From NCBI GenBank assembly GCA_964036045.1, contig OZ038378.1, positions 6,324,001-6,388,000 on the forward strand: a stretch of 64,000 nt of DNA, written 5' to 3'. Each line of letters starts with the position of its first letter. The first letter of the stretch is position 1. This DNA is from Eutreptiella sp. 'Long Island Sound 2002' (lineage: Eukaryota > Protista > Euglenida). Both the position numbers and the translations under genes were made by a program. Positions 10,101 to 22,064 of the stretch are shown piece after piece. The notes beneath the pieces are model-generated. The model made no database searches and was not told where the DNA came from. It saw only the letters and a list, made by a program, of their open reading frames with translations.

Positions 10101-12236
10101 AGAAATTTTTTTCACCTTGCTGTGCAAAGGGCACCGGATTGCACCCACCCTGGTACTTAAGTATCATCGCATCCTGTGGCTATCCCAGCTGTGTCGCACC
10201 AGGGGTGCTGGACAGATCACAGCCCAGGCCATTTGGGAGATGACATCATTTCACAAAGGCTCCGGCCCATACGGCCGAGCCATGTCCACAGCACAGGAGT
10301 GTGGCTGGGTCGCTACGCAGGGATGGTGGGGATGGAAAGTGCCTGGGCGCAAGGAACCCCTCCTCCTATACGGGGATAAAAACACTATCAAGCACGAGGT
10401 GCGTGAACAGCTGCGCTCGCAAATGCTGGACAGCCTGGTTCAGAGGCGTCCCCGCCTGTTCGCGGGGGCTCATTACACCACATGCCGGCGCCTGGTCCAG
10501 CCCAGCATAGCGTCATTTGCCACAGAGCTACAGCGCTCTCTCCTGCGGGGCATCCTATCAGGAGCAACCTGGACAGCCCTCCGGGCCTATCAACGTGGCA
10601 TGCGAGCCACATCCACGTGCCCGTACTGCGGCAATGCTCCGGAAAACGAGGAGCACATTTTTTGGCAGTGTTCAGCCTGGAGCACGGTGCGGGACACCCA
10701 CCTGCCGGGCATCAGGACGGCGGCAGCACAGATCACAGGCCTTCCCCTCATGGACCAGTGGCCCTCATGTTTACGACTTTGTGGGTTAGCCCCAGAGTTA
10801 GACACAGACAGCGTCAAGTCAGGGACAGCGCTCGCATTCATGACAGCTCTGCACAATATGTTAGTAGCCGTCTTGCAGGCCCGCAAGTTACGAGACACAC
10901 AATCCCCCATGCTTTTCATGGGGTCGAGCCTCTCACAGCAGCTTCGGCAGTACCCGTACCACCAACTGGTGGGACCCCTCCCCAGACCGGAAGACAAAGG
11001 GTTACTTCTTTTGCGTACCCCTAAGAAGGTGGAATGGCAGTGGGAAATGCCCTTTTTGGCGGACCTGCTGCGCTGGCTGAGGGAACTGCACTGGGCCCCT
11101 GAACCAGGCACAGTGACGTTCTTGGAACTTGCACTGGACTTTGAGGAATTTGCGCAACGCACCCTCCCACACGCTCCACAGGCAAAATTTAAGGGCACCA
11201 CCCTTTCGCTGCAAGAGAGAGGCCGGGTCTTACGACTGGCAATGGCAAATGCGCAGCGCCTGACACCAAAGGCCATTTGCATCCGGCGCGTGTGGTCACA
11301 CGCTGCAGCTCTTTAGTTCCTTTGGGGGGGCCGGCACTCTGCGGCCTGAACTGCCGCCCTTATTTCACTTGCCGCAGTGCCATGAACATGCACGTTCAGC
11401 AGTCAGCGGCATACTGTGAGCGCACATGGGCCACCAAGGTTGGTCTCAACAGGATACACAAACTGCGCCCGCACACACACAGGCCACGCAGAACAGCGCA
11501 GGAAGTGGAGGAGCATCGGCTACAGCGTGCACTCCAGGGGAATCTGCAGTTGGGGCTGGCCCCGCCCTCGGAGCAGACCACTTTTGCCAAAGGGGGGGGG
11601 GGCTGCTCCTCCTTTGCAGCTGATTTCTTCCCTGTGATAGGGGATGGGAAGCTCCCACAGCGCCCCTACACCGGGACACGCAGGCGCGCAAACACACACA
11701 GGGGGCCACCACCGGCGCCGCCGGCTGATCCGTCAAAGTGTGCCCAGCACTCTGCTGACGCATGCACGACCTGCAAGAGATTTCGGCGCACAGCTGAAGC
11801 GTGCTGTGCGCTGGGACATCACGCTGATAACCACATAGCACGCAGACCGCAACTGCAACTGTGCCCACTGCATGGCCTGCCACCGTGCCCGAGGTGCACA
11901 CTCAAGCAAAGGGGAGTGCGCCACTGCTGTCAGCGGGGACACCATAAAGTGTGCACCCCAGTGCCTGCGCGCCGGAAACGCCCACTTGCTGCACATGCAC
12001 AACTGCCCAACAAACGACCACGCCTGCAAGGGCCTGCACGTATCTCAACGGGTCTGCTGAGGTCCCCACACCAACCCCCCACCCCTCCAGCCCCCAAGCG
12101 CAGGAGGCCGAAAACACCCCCCCCTCCGTCCCCATCTGCCCCAGTTCCACGGGGGCTGGAGGAGACCGTGGCCGAGGATGTCGCCCGCCCGCTTTTCGTG
12201 ACGAGGCACGGGAGAGCAAACACTCTGGATACTTAG
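7126..12236 (+). pseudogene. LINE ORF2 (APE endonuclease - RT - CCHC-type finger - Cys/His tail), one frameshift near 11270
   Basis: APE motifs: NVTSL, GMEETRL, TDANF, NRIDGLL, GHAPV. RT motifs: RPLSVLSQIYRVW, YGFRK, LDYIKCFD, GILQGCPLS, YADD. Finger: CPYC..ENEEHIFWQC. A 1-nt deletion versus copy B (CCTGACACC vs CCTGGTCACC) moves the C-terminus into the track ORF 11277-12236. Confidence 0.92.
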
Positions 12237-12819
12237 CCAGTAAAATACAGAGGTTCTGATTCCGCAGAAGGGAGGGAAACAACGTCACAAAGAGGCCTCA
12301 GCAGACCTGAGCCAAATGGGGCGTCCAGCCCAACGCTGCACAAGGATCCACCTCTAAAAGTACAGATCACACACCTACACACACAAGGGGGGGGGGGCTG
12401 AGGGCACCAGCATCCAAGCGCCGCAGGACCCCCCCCCCCCCAAGCTGCCGTGGCGGTTCGACACCTGACCAATTGCGGCCCGAGCTGCCTTCACTGTCGA
12501 GGAGGCCCGCAGGATACTCTAAATTAGGGACAGATGATGCCCCCTCCTCGTGGACACATAAGCGGTGCTGCCTCCCGGAGTCGCGGTTGGAACGGATGGC
12601 CGTACAAGAGCCCAGTGCACCTGACCACCTCCTTTTCGAAGAGGTTCTAGCCCAGCCGAGGGTCAAAGTGCCGGCGGCCCCATTGAAGCTGGGAGACCAT
12701 GTCCCCAGAACCAGTCGACCAGCCCCGAGTAATGGGCCTCCACACTGTGCACCCTAACCCAGAGACCCACACTGGCTTTCCTCTCTAATACAGTGCCCCC
12801 CCCCCCCCACACACACACA

Positions 12820-13320
12820 TGGTCCGAGGATGAACAGAAGGCGATGGGGTGGGTGGGTCAGACGGTGCTGTTCAAGGGACCACAACGGGCATCCACCAGC
12901 GACGCCCGCCAAGCACCCGCAATGCACCACTGGCTGGCCAGCCACATGATGCTGGGATTCACACCGGCGGCCAAATGAAGACGACAAGGGGACCCATCAA
13001 AGCAAGCCACCAAGAGGCATGAGGTGGGAGGGAAACGAATCGCAGTGCCACCCTGCTGAAACTGCACTGAACAGCCAATCAAGCACTGCTGGACAACTGT
13101 AGCGTTGGGGGATGCGTTGGGACAGAGGTCACATAACCATTCTCCAAGGGAGGTTCTCAAACATGAGAGGCCAGCTTCACTGGAACCATGCTTTTCTGAT
13201 GCTTATGCTGCCATACTTCAAATGACTCGAGATGCTATACAGTGACTAGGCCCACTAACCAATGCTGATGCAACTCCTAAAGACGGGTTTCCTTTCCACA
13301 CACAACCGCATGCACGCAAA
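12820..13320 (+). pseudogene. Degenerate 5' part of an older related LINE ORF2 (host of copy B)
   Basis: After removing copy B and one TSD, this region reads in frame into the RNase H ORF at 20572 (..DGFPFHTQPHARKHTHTHTQRLPDFESAKL..). There is only weak similarity to the ORF2 finger region, and several stops are present. Confidence 0.45.
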
Positions 13321-13340
13321 CACACACACACACACACACA

Positions 13341-13400
13341 GGTGTTTTGTTTGGTGCCTGCCAGCTGGTGACACTGCATACCCAACCGAAAGCCAAACAG
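13341..13400 (+). ncRNA. Candidate minimal HDV-like ribozyme, copy B
   Basis: First 62 nt are identical to 5130-5191, whereas the UTR immediately downstream diverges. Candidate catalytic C at 13387. Confidence 0.75.
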
Positions 13401-13497
13401 GCGCGATCCTCGGTGACTCTGTCATCACACGGGCTGCTTCTGCCTCCCCCTGGGCTGGTGAAAACCCTGCTTGGCACGACCCCACGGGTCATACAAA

Positions 13498-15292
13498 ATG
13501 TCGGGACTTACCCATGAAATTTTGGAAGCGCTACGTAAGCCAGAGCTACTGGAAGCTCTGGCCGCAGCCATCGCACCACTTCTCAGTGGGAAGAAGGATC
13601 TACCGCCGCCGGCGAAAACGACTACTGCACGGGAAGAGGAACTCCTTGGCGTCATCCGGGAGCTACGTGGCACGGTCCGCGAGTTGCGCGCAACACTACA
13701 AGCGGCAGGGGGTAAATCGGTGCCCCCAAAGGAGCAGACCGTGGTGGACGAGCAACAGTCCCCCTATCGCGCGGCCCTCACTCGGAGGATGAAAACACAG
13801 AGCCGTCTTGTCGTACAGGATGTCCCAGACCTGGGAGAACCACTGCAGCCAACAGCCGCTGCGGTGCATGAAATTGAGGGCAAACACGGCTTTACTGCGG
13901 TCCAAGGACGCCGCATTTACCAGGGAGAGCACAAGACTGCACTCAAGTCTTTGCAACAGATAGGAGCAAACAAGCCTGTCCATGATTGGAAGGTCACAGA
14001 GGCCACCGCAAAGGCCTTCGAGCACGTTTTGCTTGTGGGGCAACCGCTGGCGGAAGCGCACGCAATAGCAGCACAGGCCTTAACAAAATATGACAGCGTC
14101 CAGAGCGTCAGCGCACACGTGCTAGCGACAAACTGCAGACGGGGAGTGGTCAATGTGCCAGGCATACTGGCAGCGCTTGGCAGTTCACGAGAATGCTTGC
14201 ATGTCAAGGATTTCGTTCTCAGCATCAAGGTCGTTACCAAACGTATGTCTTGGGAAGTCAAGAGAGACCCGGATGTGACTGTGATCCCACCTGAGCACTC
14301 CATCCTGCTTTGCTGGGAGCGACCCAAAGACGGCGTCGAAGAACAGGACACGGAGCCAGAAGTGCTACCTCAGGACAAGGCTGCCATTCGGATAGTGTGC
14401 TGCCTAGACCCTTCCGCACTGCGCGCGGGACAGGACGGCACCAAAGTCAAGGCATCCCGCTGGGCTGAAAACACGTGCTGGGAGCTGACGGCCCCCCTAC
14501 TCCAGCCGGCACTCACCAGTCCCCCACCCATGCAAGTGGGCAAGAGGGGCAGCAAGTATGAAGTCACGGTGGTGCTACCAGCGCCCATGGCTAAGCAGGT
14601 GCTCTGCAGCAGTGGCAAAGTCGTCGGCCTGGAATGCAGGTTGTTTATGAGCAAAACCATCGATGTCGATGACGTGAAGGCCAACATGGTCTGGGTCAAG
14701 CTCCCTCCATCCAACAAGCGCTCCATTTCGGAGCAGTGGCGTAGATTAAGCAAGCAGCCTTGGTTCGCAGGCCTCATGGCAGGGGACAAGGACGACAGAC
14801 TCGGGGTACGAGTATGGGGGGGGGCTGTCTTGCCCGAAACCAGGGAGGAAATCGCAGGACTGTTGGGCATACAACTCACCCCCCCCCGTGACACGAGTGA
14901 GAGTGAGAGGCTATGGTATTTCTATGGGCCTTGTCTCAGGGTCGCAGTCTGCGGCCCAAAGGGAGGCTGACCGCGTTTTCGGCGCTAACACTGTCAAAGT
15001 GCGACGATGTCAACACCTGAAGCACAGTGGGCTGATCAACCCTGTGTTTGATATGGATATTACGGGAGTCCCCCCAGACTGGGAGGGCTGCACTGCACCG
15101 GCGAAGGATTCGCGGATGCCTCTCCGTAGGTGGCACCTATGTCTGCGTAAATCCACTGGTCCCTCATACACCCCGGTGGGGAAAAACACGACGCTCCCTG
15201 CGGTCCAGGGGTGTGTCTTGCCTGATGATGAAGAAATGGAGGACTCGCCTGCAGGAGCCCCCGCGGCAGAGGAGGATGAGAGCATTCTCTGA
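13498..15292 (+). pseudogene. LINE copy B ORF1, +1 frameshift in a poly-C run at ~14879-14887
   Basis: Track ORFs 13471-14970 and 14888-15292 together match copy A ORF1. The run is C9 here versus C7A in copy A, so it may be a homopolymer sequencing error. Confidence 0.85.
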
Positions 15293-15323
15293 ACCCCCCC
15301 CCCCCTCTGGAAGATGGCACTGA

Positions 15324-18300
15324 GTTACAGGTCCTCTAAAATTCGTTCAGACAAACGTTACCTCTTTGCGCGTCCATCACGAGGACGTATTCAATTTTCA
15401 GGCAGATGTGATTGGAATGGAAGAAACCCGGCTCACTGAGGCTGGGCAACGCTGCATGAGGGCAATTGCAAAAGAATGGGGCTGGGAATGCCACTGGGGA
15501 AAACCCGTGGGCTCCCCAACGGGGGGCATCTGGGGAGCTCCCCAAGGAGGGGTGGGACTTTTGTTCAGGAAGGGCTGGAGTGTCCGCAAGGTTGAACCAG
15601 ATCCAGACGACCCAATTGCCTGCAGGCTGTGGCATTCAGGGCGCTGGCTACACACACGGGCAGGAATCGGTGCAGGGCACTGTGTGCTGAACATATGTGT
15701 GGCCTATGGCATCCCAGGCAACGAATCTTTGAACCAGGAGTTCTGGGAGCAGGTGGTCTGCTATATGAGCAAACTAGGCAATGCTGGATGCATCCGGCTA
15801 ACGGACGCAAATTTCAATTTCGACCTGCTGCACAAAGTACCTGCCGCACTCCTGACGGCGCTGGCAGACGGCTGGCTGGTGGATGCCGACCGCACTTTTA
15901 GCGTTCTCCATGGCACACCATGTGCATGTGGCTTCACGACGGCAGGCAAACCCCCCAACCGCATTGACGGCCTCCTGGTCACCCCAGCGCAAGCGGGCAC
16001 GTTGACTGATGTCACAGCGCTGAAGTCTCATTCCCTCCCTGGGCATGCTCCAGTGTGCTTCACTTTCTCGCTTGACGTCCCAATGCAGAAAGTTGTTAAA
16101 ATGAAGAAACTGCCTCCTTTCTCCCCCCCCCCCCCAGATCGGCTGAGGACACTCAGAAAATATGTGACTCGCTGCTCCGGCCACACAAGGCTGATTGGAA
16201 TGCCCTGCTGCAACAGGGAGATGTCAATGACATTTGGGACAGGTGGACCCGGCTGGCCGAGGAAGTAGGCATGGCACTCACATGCACGCATCTTACACTG
16301 GACACCCCCAACCCCACACTCCCATTTGCACCCAAGAGTGCCCCACGGGGGCGTGGCACGGAGCGAATGGTGCGGGACACTACGCTAGCACCGACAGGCC
16401 TGGCGCCCAACGGCGGCCCGCGCACGCGCATACTTTCCAAAATCACACGGACCCTGGGAGCCCTTCGCTCGGTCATCCAGTGGCAACGTGCCCAGCTGGG
16501 CATCAGGGGCAAACGAGTCCCGGCATCCGCCAAACGCAAAGCCAGCCAGGTTTTCAGGCCAGGGGTGGTGCCCAGACAGGTGGAACTATCGTGGCAGGCC
16601 GCGTGCCGCCGCATGCGCAAAACGGCGCTGGCCTTTCGTGAGGACCTGCTGCTTCATGAATTTGTGGCCAGTGCCCCTGACCCCTCCCTCCCACTCATAC
16701 GCCCCCTGCCAACGCTGGTAGACTGCATGTCGCTGTATGACAGCCTATGCGCACTAGGGAAGAGATATGCCCGCTATGAAGAGCGCACGCGCATTGATAA
16801 ATGGAAATCCAAAATGGACCAGGCCTGGCTGGACAGGCCAAAGGAGGTTTATCAGTGGATACAGAACGAGTACCAACCTCCTCTGGTTATGCTCCTGGAC
16901 CCAGACACAAGCCAACCAACGGCGAACATCCCCCGCATGGATGAAATTCTTCATGCCTCTTGGGACCAGGTTATGCGAAAATATGCAGACACCCCAGAGC
17001 CAGACGTGCACGCTTTTGCACAGAAGTATGATAAGTTTCTGATAAAGGGAGTGCAGATGCAGTCCACCCCTATCACAGGGTCCCGGCTCGCGAAACGCCT
17101 TAGAAAGATGGGTGTTCACACAGCCACCGGCCTGGATGGCTGGTGTGTTTCGGACCTTTTACTGCTGCCCACTCGTCTGCTGGACATGCTGTCAGAAATT
17201 CTGTTTCTAGTTGAGGCAACAGGAACCTGGCCCAGGGTCTTGGCGAGGGGATACGTCTCGCTGATCCCGAAAGGGGAAGGGATGATGCCGATGCAGCAGC
17301 GCCCACTGTCCGTACTGTCCCAGATCTATAGGGTCTGGGCAGGGATCAGTTTAGAGGAGTGCATGGTGTGGCAGGAACTGTGGATCCACCCGCACGCTTA
17401 CGGTTTTCGCAAGAAGCGCGGCGCCACTGATGCGGCCGCCTTTATCTCCATGCTCATTGAGCTACACAAACTGATGAAAACAGTTTTGCACGGTTTTGGA
17501 TTAGACTACATAAAATGCTTTGATTTGATCCCACAGTCCATTGTACTGCATATTGCACTGACACAGGGGATGGATTTGGGCACACACAGGGCCCTTTCTG
17601 GCATGTATCGCACCCTCACAAGGTGCTTTAAAATAATGGGCTGTTTGGCCAGTTTTTTAGATGCCACCAATGGCATCCTCCAGGGCTGCCCATTGAGTGT
17701 GATACTCATCAACCTCCTGACCTCGGTCTGGAAACAGGGCATCAAAGTCGCGGTACAGGCCCTTCCCCCCAGCGATCAGCCAGCGCAGGCCCTGCAATTT
17801 ATCCTAACTGCCCTTGGGTATGCGGATGACACTTATGGGTTTGCAGCCGGAAGCAATACCCTCACCCCCCTGCTAGACTGCACCACTGACTGGCTTGAGG
17901 ACACGGGTCAAGGGGTGAACGCGAAGAAATCTGTCGGCTTTTTGTCTGACGCCCGTCACCCAGTGAAGGCAGCACTACAGGGGGTGCCCTTCCCTATCTC
18001 TTCTGAGTTTAAGTCCCTGGGCGCGGGGGTCCGCACCACGGACGCGACTTGTTCGGGACCGCTCATCAAGAAAAGGATTTCCAGAGCCTGCAGCCTCCTG
18101 GATAGGGTGCATGGTGCTCAGGGCAATTTTGAAAGGAGATGCGACATCATCTCCACAATGATCACGGCCACTGGCCTGCACGCAGCAGAAATAGTGCCAC
18201 TTCAGCCCAAAGACCTCCTGCCCTTCGAGACTAAGGTCATGCAGACCATTTGGGGACGGTCACGGCCCGGCAGGGCCAAAGAAATCTTTTTCACCTTGCT

Positions 18301-20416
18301 GTGCAAAGGGCACCGGATTGCACCTACCTTGGTACTTAAGTATCATCGCATCTTGTGGTTATCCCAGCTGTGTCGCACCAGGGGTGCTGGACAGATCACA
18401 GCCCAAGCCATTTGGGAGATGACAACATTTCACAAAGGCTCCGGCCCATACGGCCGAGCCATGTCCACAGCACAGGAGTGTGGCTGGGTCGCTACGCAGG
18501 GATGGTGGGGATGGAAAGTGCCTGGGCGCAAGGAACCCCTCCTCCTATACGGGGATAAAAACACTATCAAGCACGAGGTGCGTGAACAGCTGCGCTCGCA
18601 AATGCTGGACAGCCTGGTTCAGAGGCGTCCCCGCCTTTTCGCGGGGGCTCATTACACCACATGCCGGCGCCTGGTCCAGCCCAGCATAGCGTCATTTGCC
18701 ACAGAGTTACAGCGCTCTATCCTGCGGGGCATCCTATCAGGAGCAACCTGGAAAGCCCTCCGGGCCTATCAACGTGGCATGAGAGCCACATCCACGTGCC
18801 CGTACTGTGGCAATGCTCCGGAAAACGAGGAGCACATTTTTTGGCAGTGTTCAGCCTGGAGTACGGTGCGGGACACCCACCTGCCGGGCATCAGGACGGC
18901 GGCAGCACAGATCACAGGCCTTCCCCTCATGGACCAGTGGCCCCCATGTTTACGACTTTGTGGATTAGCCCCAGAGTTAGACACAGACAGCGTCAAGTCA
19001 GGGACAGCGCTCGCATTCATGACAGCTCTGCACAATATGTTGGTAGCCGTCTTGCAGGCCCGCAAGTTACGAGACACACAATCCCCCATGCTTTTCATGG
19101 GGTCGAGCCTCTCACAGCAGCTTAGGCAATACCCGTACCACCAACTGGTGGGACCCCTCCCCAGACCGGAAGACAAAGGGTTACTTCTTTTGCGTACCCC
19201 TAAGAAGGTGGAATGGCAGTGGGAAATGCCCTTTTTGGCGGACCTGCTATGCTGGCTGAGGGAACTGCACTGGGCCCCTGAACCAGGCACAGTGACGTTC
19301 TTGGAACTCGCATCGGACTTTGAGGAATTTGCGCAACGCACCCTCCCACACGCTCCACAGGCAAAATTTAAGGGCACCACCCTTTCACTGCAAGAGAGAG
19401 GCCGGGTCTTACGACTGGCAATGGCAAATGCGCAGCTCCTGGTCACCAAAGGCCATTTGCATCCAGCGTGTGTGGTCACACGCTGCAGCTCTTTAGTTCC
19501 TTTGGGGGGGCCGGCACTCTGCGGCCTGAACTGCCGCCCCTATTTCACCTGCCGCAGGGCCATGAACATGCACGTTCAGCAGTTAGCGGCATACTGTGAG
19601 CGCACGTGGGCCAACAAGGTTGGTCTCAACAGAATACACAAACTGCGCCCGTACACACATAGGCCACGCAGAACAGCGCAGGAAGTGGAGGAGCATCGAC
19701 TACAGCGTGCACTCCAGGGGAATTTGCAGTTGGGGCTGGCTCCGTCCTCGGAGCAGACCACTTTTGCCAAAGGGGGGGGGGGCTGCTCCTCCTTTGCAGC
19801 TGACTTTTTCCCTGTGATAGGGGATGGGAAGCTCCCACAGCGCCCCTACACCGGGACACGCAGGCGCGCAAACACACACAGGGGGCCACCACCAGCGCCA
19901 CCGGCTGATCCGTCAAAGTGTGCCCAGCACTCTGCTGACGCATGCACGACCTGCAAGAGACTTCGGCGCACAGCTGAAGCATGCTGTGTGCTGGGACATC
20001 ACGCTGATAACCACATAGCACGCAGACCGCAACTGCAACTGTGCCCACTGCATGGCCTGCCACCGTGCCCGAGGTGCACACTCAAGCAAAGGGGAGTGCG
20101 CCACTGCTGTCAGCGGGGACACCATAAAGTGTGCACCCCAGTGCCTGCGCGCCGGAAGCGCCCACTTGCTGCACATGCACAACTGCCCCACAAACGACCA
20201 CGCCTGCAAGGGCCTGCACGTATCTCTACGGGTCTGCTGAGGTCCCCACACCAACCCCCCACCCCTCCAGCCCCCAAACGCAGGAGGCCGAAAACACCCC
20301 CCCCTCCGTCCCCACCAGCCCCAGTTCCACGGGGGCTGGAGGAGACCGTGGCCGAGGATGTCGCCCGCCCGCTTTTCGTGACGAGGCACGGGAGAGCAAA
20401 CACTCTGGATACCTAG
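15324..20416 (+). pseudogene. LINE copy B ORF2 (APE-RT), frameshift in poly-C at ~16123-16135 and a 21-nt in-frame deletion at ~17733
   Basis: Track ORFs 15366-16268 and 16271-20416. The run is C13 versus C11 in copy A. The RT reads WKQG versus WKRVLDAQQQG. The C-terminus is intact. Confidence 0.9.
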
Positions 20417-20567
20417 CCAGCAAAATACAGAGGTTCTGATTCCGCAGAAGGGAGGGAAACAACGTCACAAAGAGGCCTCAGCAGACCTGAGCCAAATGAG
20501 GCGTCCAGCCCAACGCTGCACAAGGATCCACCTCTAAAAGTACAGATCACACACACACACACACACA

Positions 20568-21750
20568 AAGGTTGCCAGATTTTGAGAGTGCGAAGCTAGC
20601 GTCCAACATGCGTGTATGCGTAGATGGATCAACAGAAGGATCAACGGAAGGGGGGGGAGCAAGATATGGAGTGTTCTTCCCCTTTGGGGAATACCCCAAT
20701 GTCAGCCACCTGGTGGTAAGCCCACAAACAAACAACAGGGCAGAAGTGTCGGTGATCAGGGCAGTCCTACAAACAGTGGACAGGGCAAAAGATGTGTGCA
20801 TGTACAGTGACTCGCAATGGCACGTGGATATATTGCACAATATCAAAATGTACAAAAGACAGAGGTGGCACACTAAGAGCAAGCAGCCAATCAGACATCA
20901 CGACATTTGGGAGGATATATATACCATGTTGTAGGCTAGGACATGGGGCTAAAAAGTAGTGCATGTGTACGCGCACAATTCTGTGCCACAAAATGAGGAG
21001 GCAGACAGATTGGCTGAGAGAGTTAAATTGTCAATTGTACACTAGGTCAGAAGACGTAGTAGGTCACAAGATAGCAGTTGGAGGGGCCCAAGCAAAAGAC
21101 AACGAGGGGCAGGGGCATCAAGAGGCATACAGCAATTCATGTGTTAGATAGCAGCGAAGACGAGGAGGTGCAATCAGTTTAAAGACAAAGGAAGCGCAAG
21201 TTGCAAGGGCCATCCGAACTGCTTGATCCAGAGCCGGGTTAGATACTTCTGACCCCCGTGTGAATATTCAACATCAATGTAATTCAAAGCACTACCGTTG
21301 GGCAGGAACAACCCCATGGTGGGGCAATTTGCAATTGGCGAACACAACACAAAGAGGCCCATAGTTTATGGTGGACGGGCCGCAGAAAGTGCTCGTGCCA
21401 GCTCCGCCGGCCATGGTCTTCGCACCCCTGCTGGGGCAGTGCAAAGCCACGAGGCTAGAGACAAAGCGCACAAACCATGCTCCACGTGCACCCTAACACG
21501 AAGGGGCACCACACACTGTTGCGCCCAAGGGCACCCGGGCCACCCCTAGGACACCTACACACCCTGCCTGCCACCCCTAGGAGGGCTCCTAACCAACGAG
21601 CGGTGTGTTGGCAGCACCTGTACATATGGAGATCCAGAGCTGATTGGCAGCCCCCTGCATGGCCGGACACAGAACTGATGGTTTGTAGTAGTGGTAGGAG
21701 AGTAGGATTGTTGAACCTCGCAGTTTGAGCATGATTGAATTAATTCCCTT
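20568..21750 (+). pseudogene. 3' part of an older related LINE with an RNase H domain
   Basis: RNase H motifs: VCVDGS, GARYGVFF, QTNNRAEVS, YSDSQW, WHTKSKQPIRHHDIWEDI, then a stop and VVHVYAH. Downstream WLREL (~21010) and CSTCTLTRRGTTHCCAQGH (21478-21534) match the C-terminus of LINE A/B ORF2. Ends at a CA run (~21753). Confidence 0.75.
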
Positions 21751-21770
21751 GGCACACACACACACGCACA

Positions 21771-21841
21771 CCTCGGCAGACCTGAGCCAAATGGGGCGTC
21801 CAGCCCAACGCTGCACAAGGATCCACCTCTAAAAGTACAGA

Positions 21842-21842
<1 letters not shown>
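21771..21842 (+). mobile_element. 5'-truncated 72-bp 3' tail of the LINE A/B family
   Basis: CCTCGGCAGACCTGAGCC...CTCTAAAAGTACAGAT is near-identical to the last 72 nt of both LINEs. It lies between CA runs (21753-21770 and (CA)15 at 21843-21872). Confidence 0.9.
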
Positions 21843-21876
<34 letters not shown>

Positions 21877-21963
21877 TCCACGGGTATCAAAGAACTGCCA
21901 CACAGCAGACAAGAGAATTGAGGGAGACAAAAATCATCCCCTCGGTTGTCAATTGGCTTGCAT

Positions 21964-21976
21964 GCGCGCGCGCGCG

Positions 21977-22062
<86 letters not shown>
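21964..22062 (+). repeat. (GC)n(CA)n alternating purine-pyrimidine microsatellite
   Basis: Read directly from the sequence: a short GC/CG run followed by more than 80 bp of CA with one interruption. Confidence 0.95.

Positions 22063-22064
<2 letters not shown>

Larger units (their letters stand above)
5130..12367 (+). mobile_element. Full-length non-LTR retrotransposon (LINE copy A, 7238 bp)
   Basis: Contains ORF1 and an APE-RT ORF2. Flanked by an exact 18-bp TSD CACACACCTACACACACA (5112-5129 and 12368-12385). The 5' and 3' termini match copy B. Confidence 0.95.
13341..20547 (+). mobile_element. Full-length non-LTR retrotransposon (LINE copy B, 7207 bp)
   Basis: Same organisation and termini as copy A. 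Flanked by exactly (CA)10 on both sides (13321-13340 and 20548-20567), consistent with a 20-bp TSD. Confidence 0.95.

Noticed and set aside
14879-16135. Programmed frameshifting at the poly-C runs of LINE copy B
   Set aside because: Copy A is in frame at both sites; homopolymer slippage or sequencing error is the simpler explanation.
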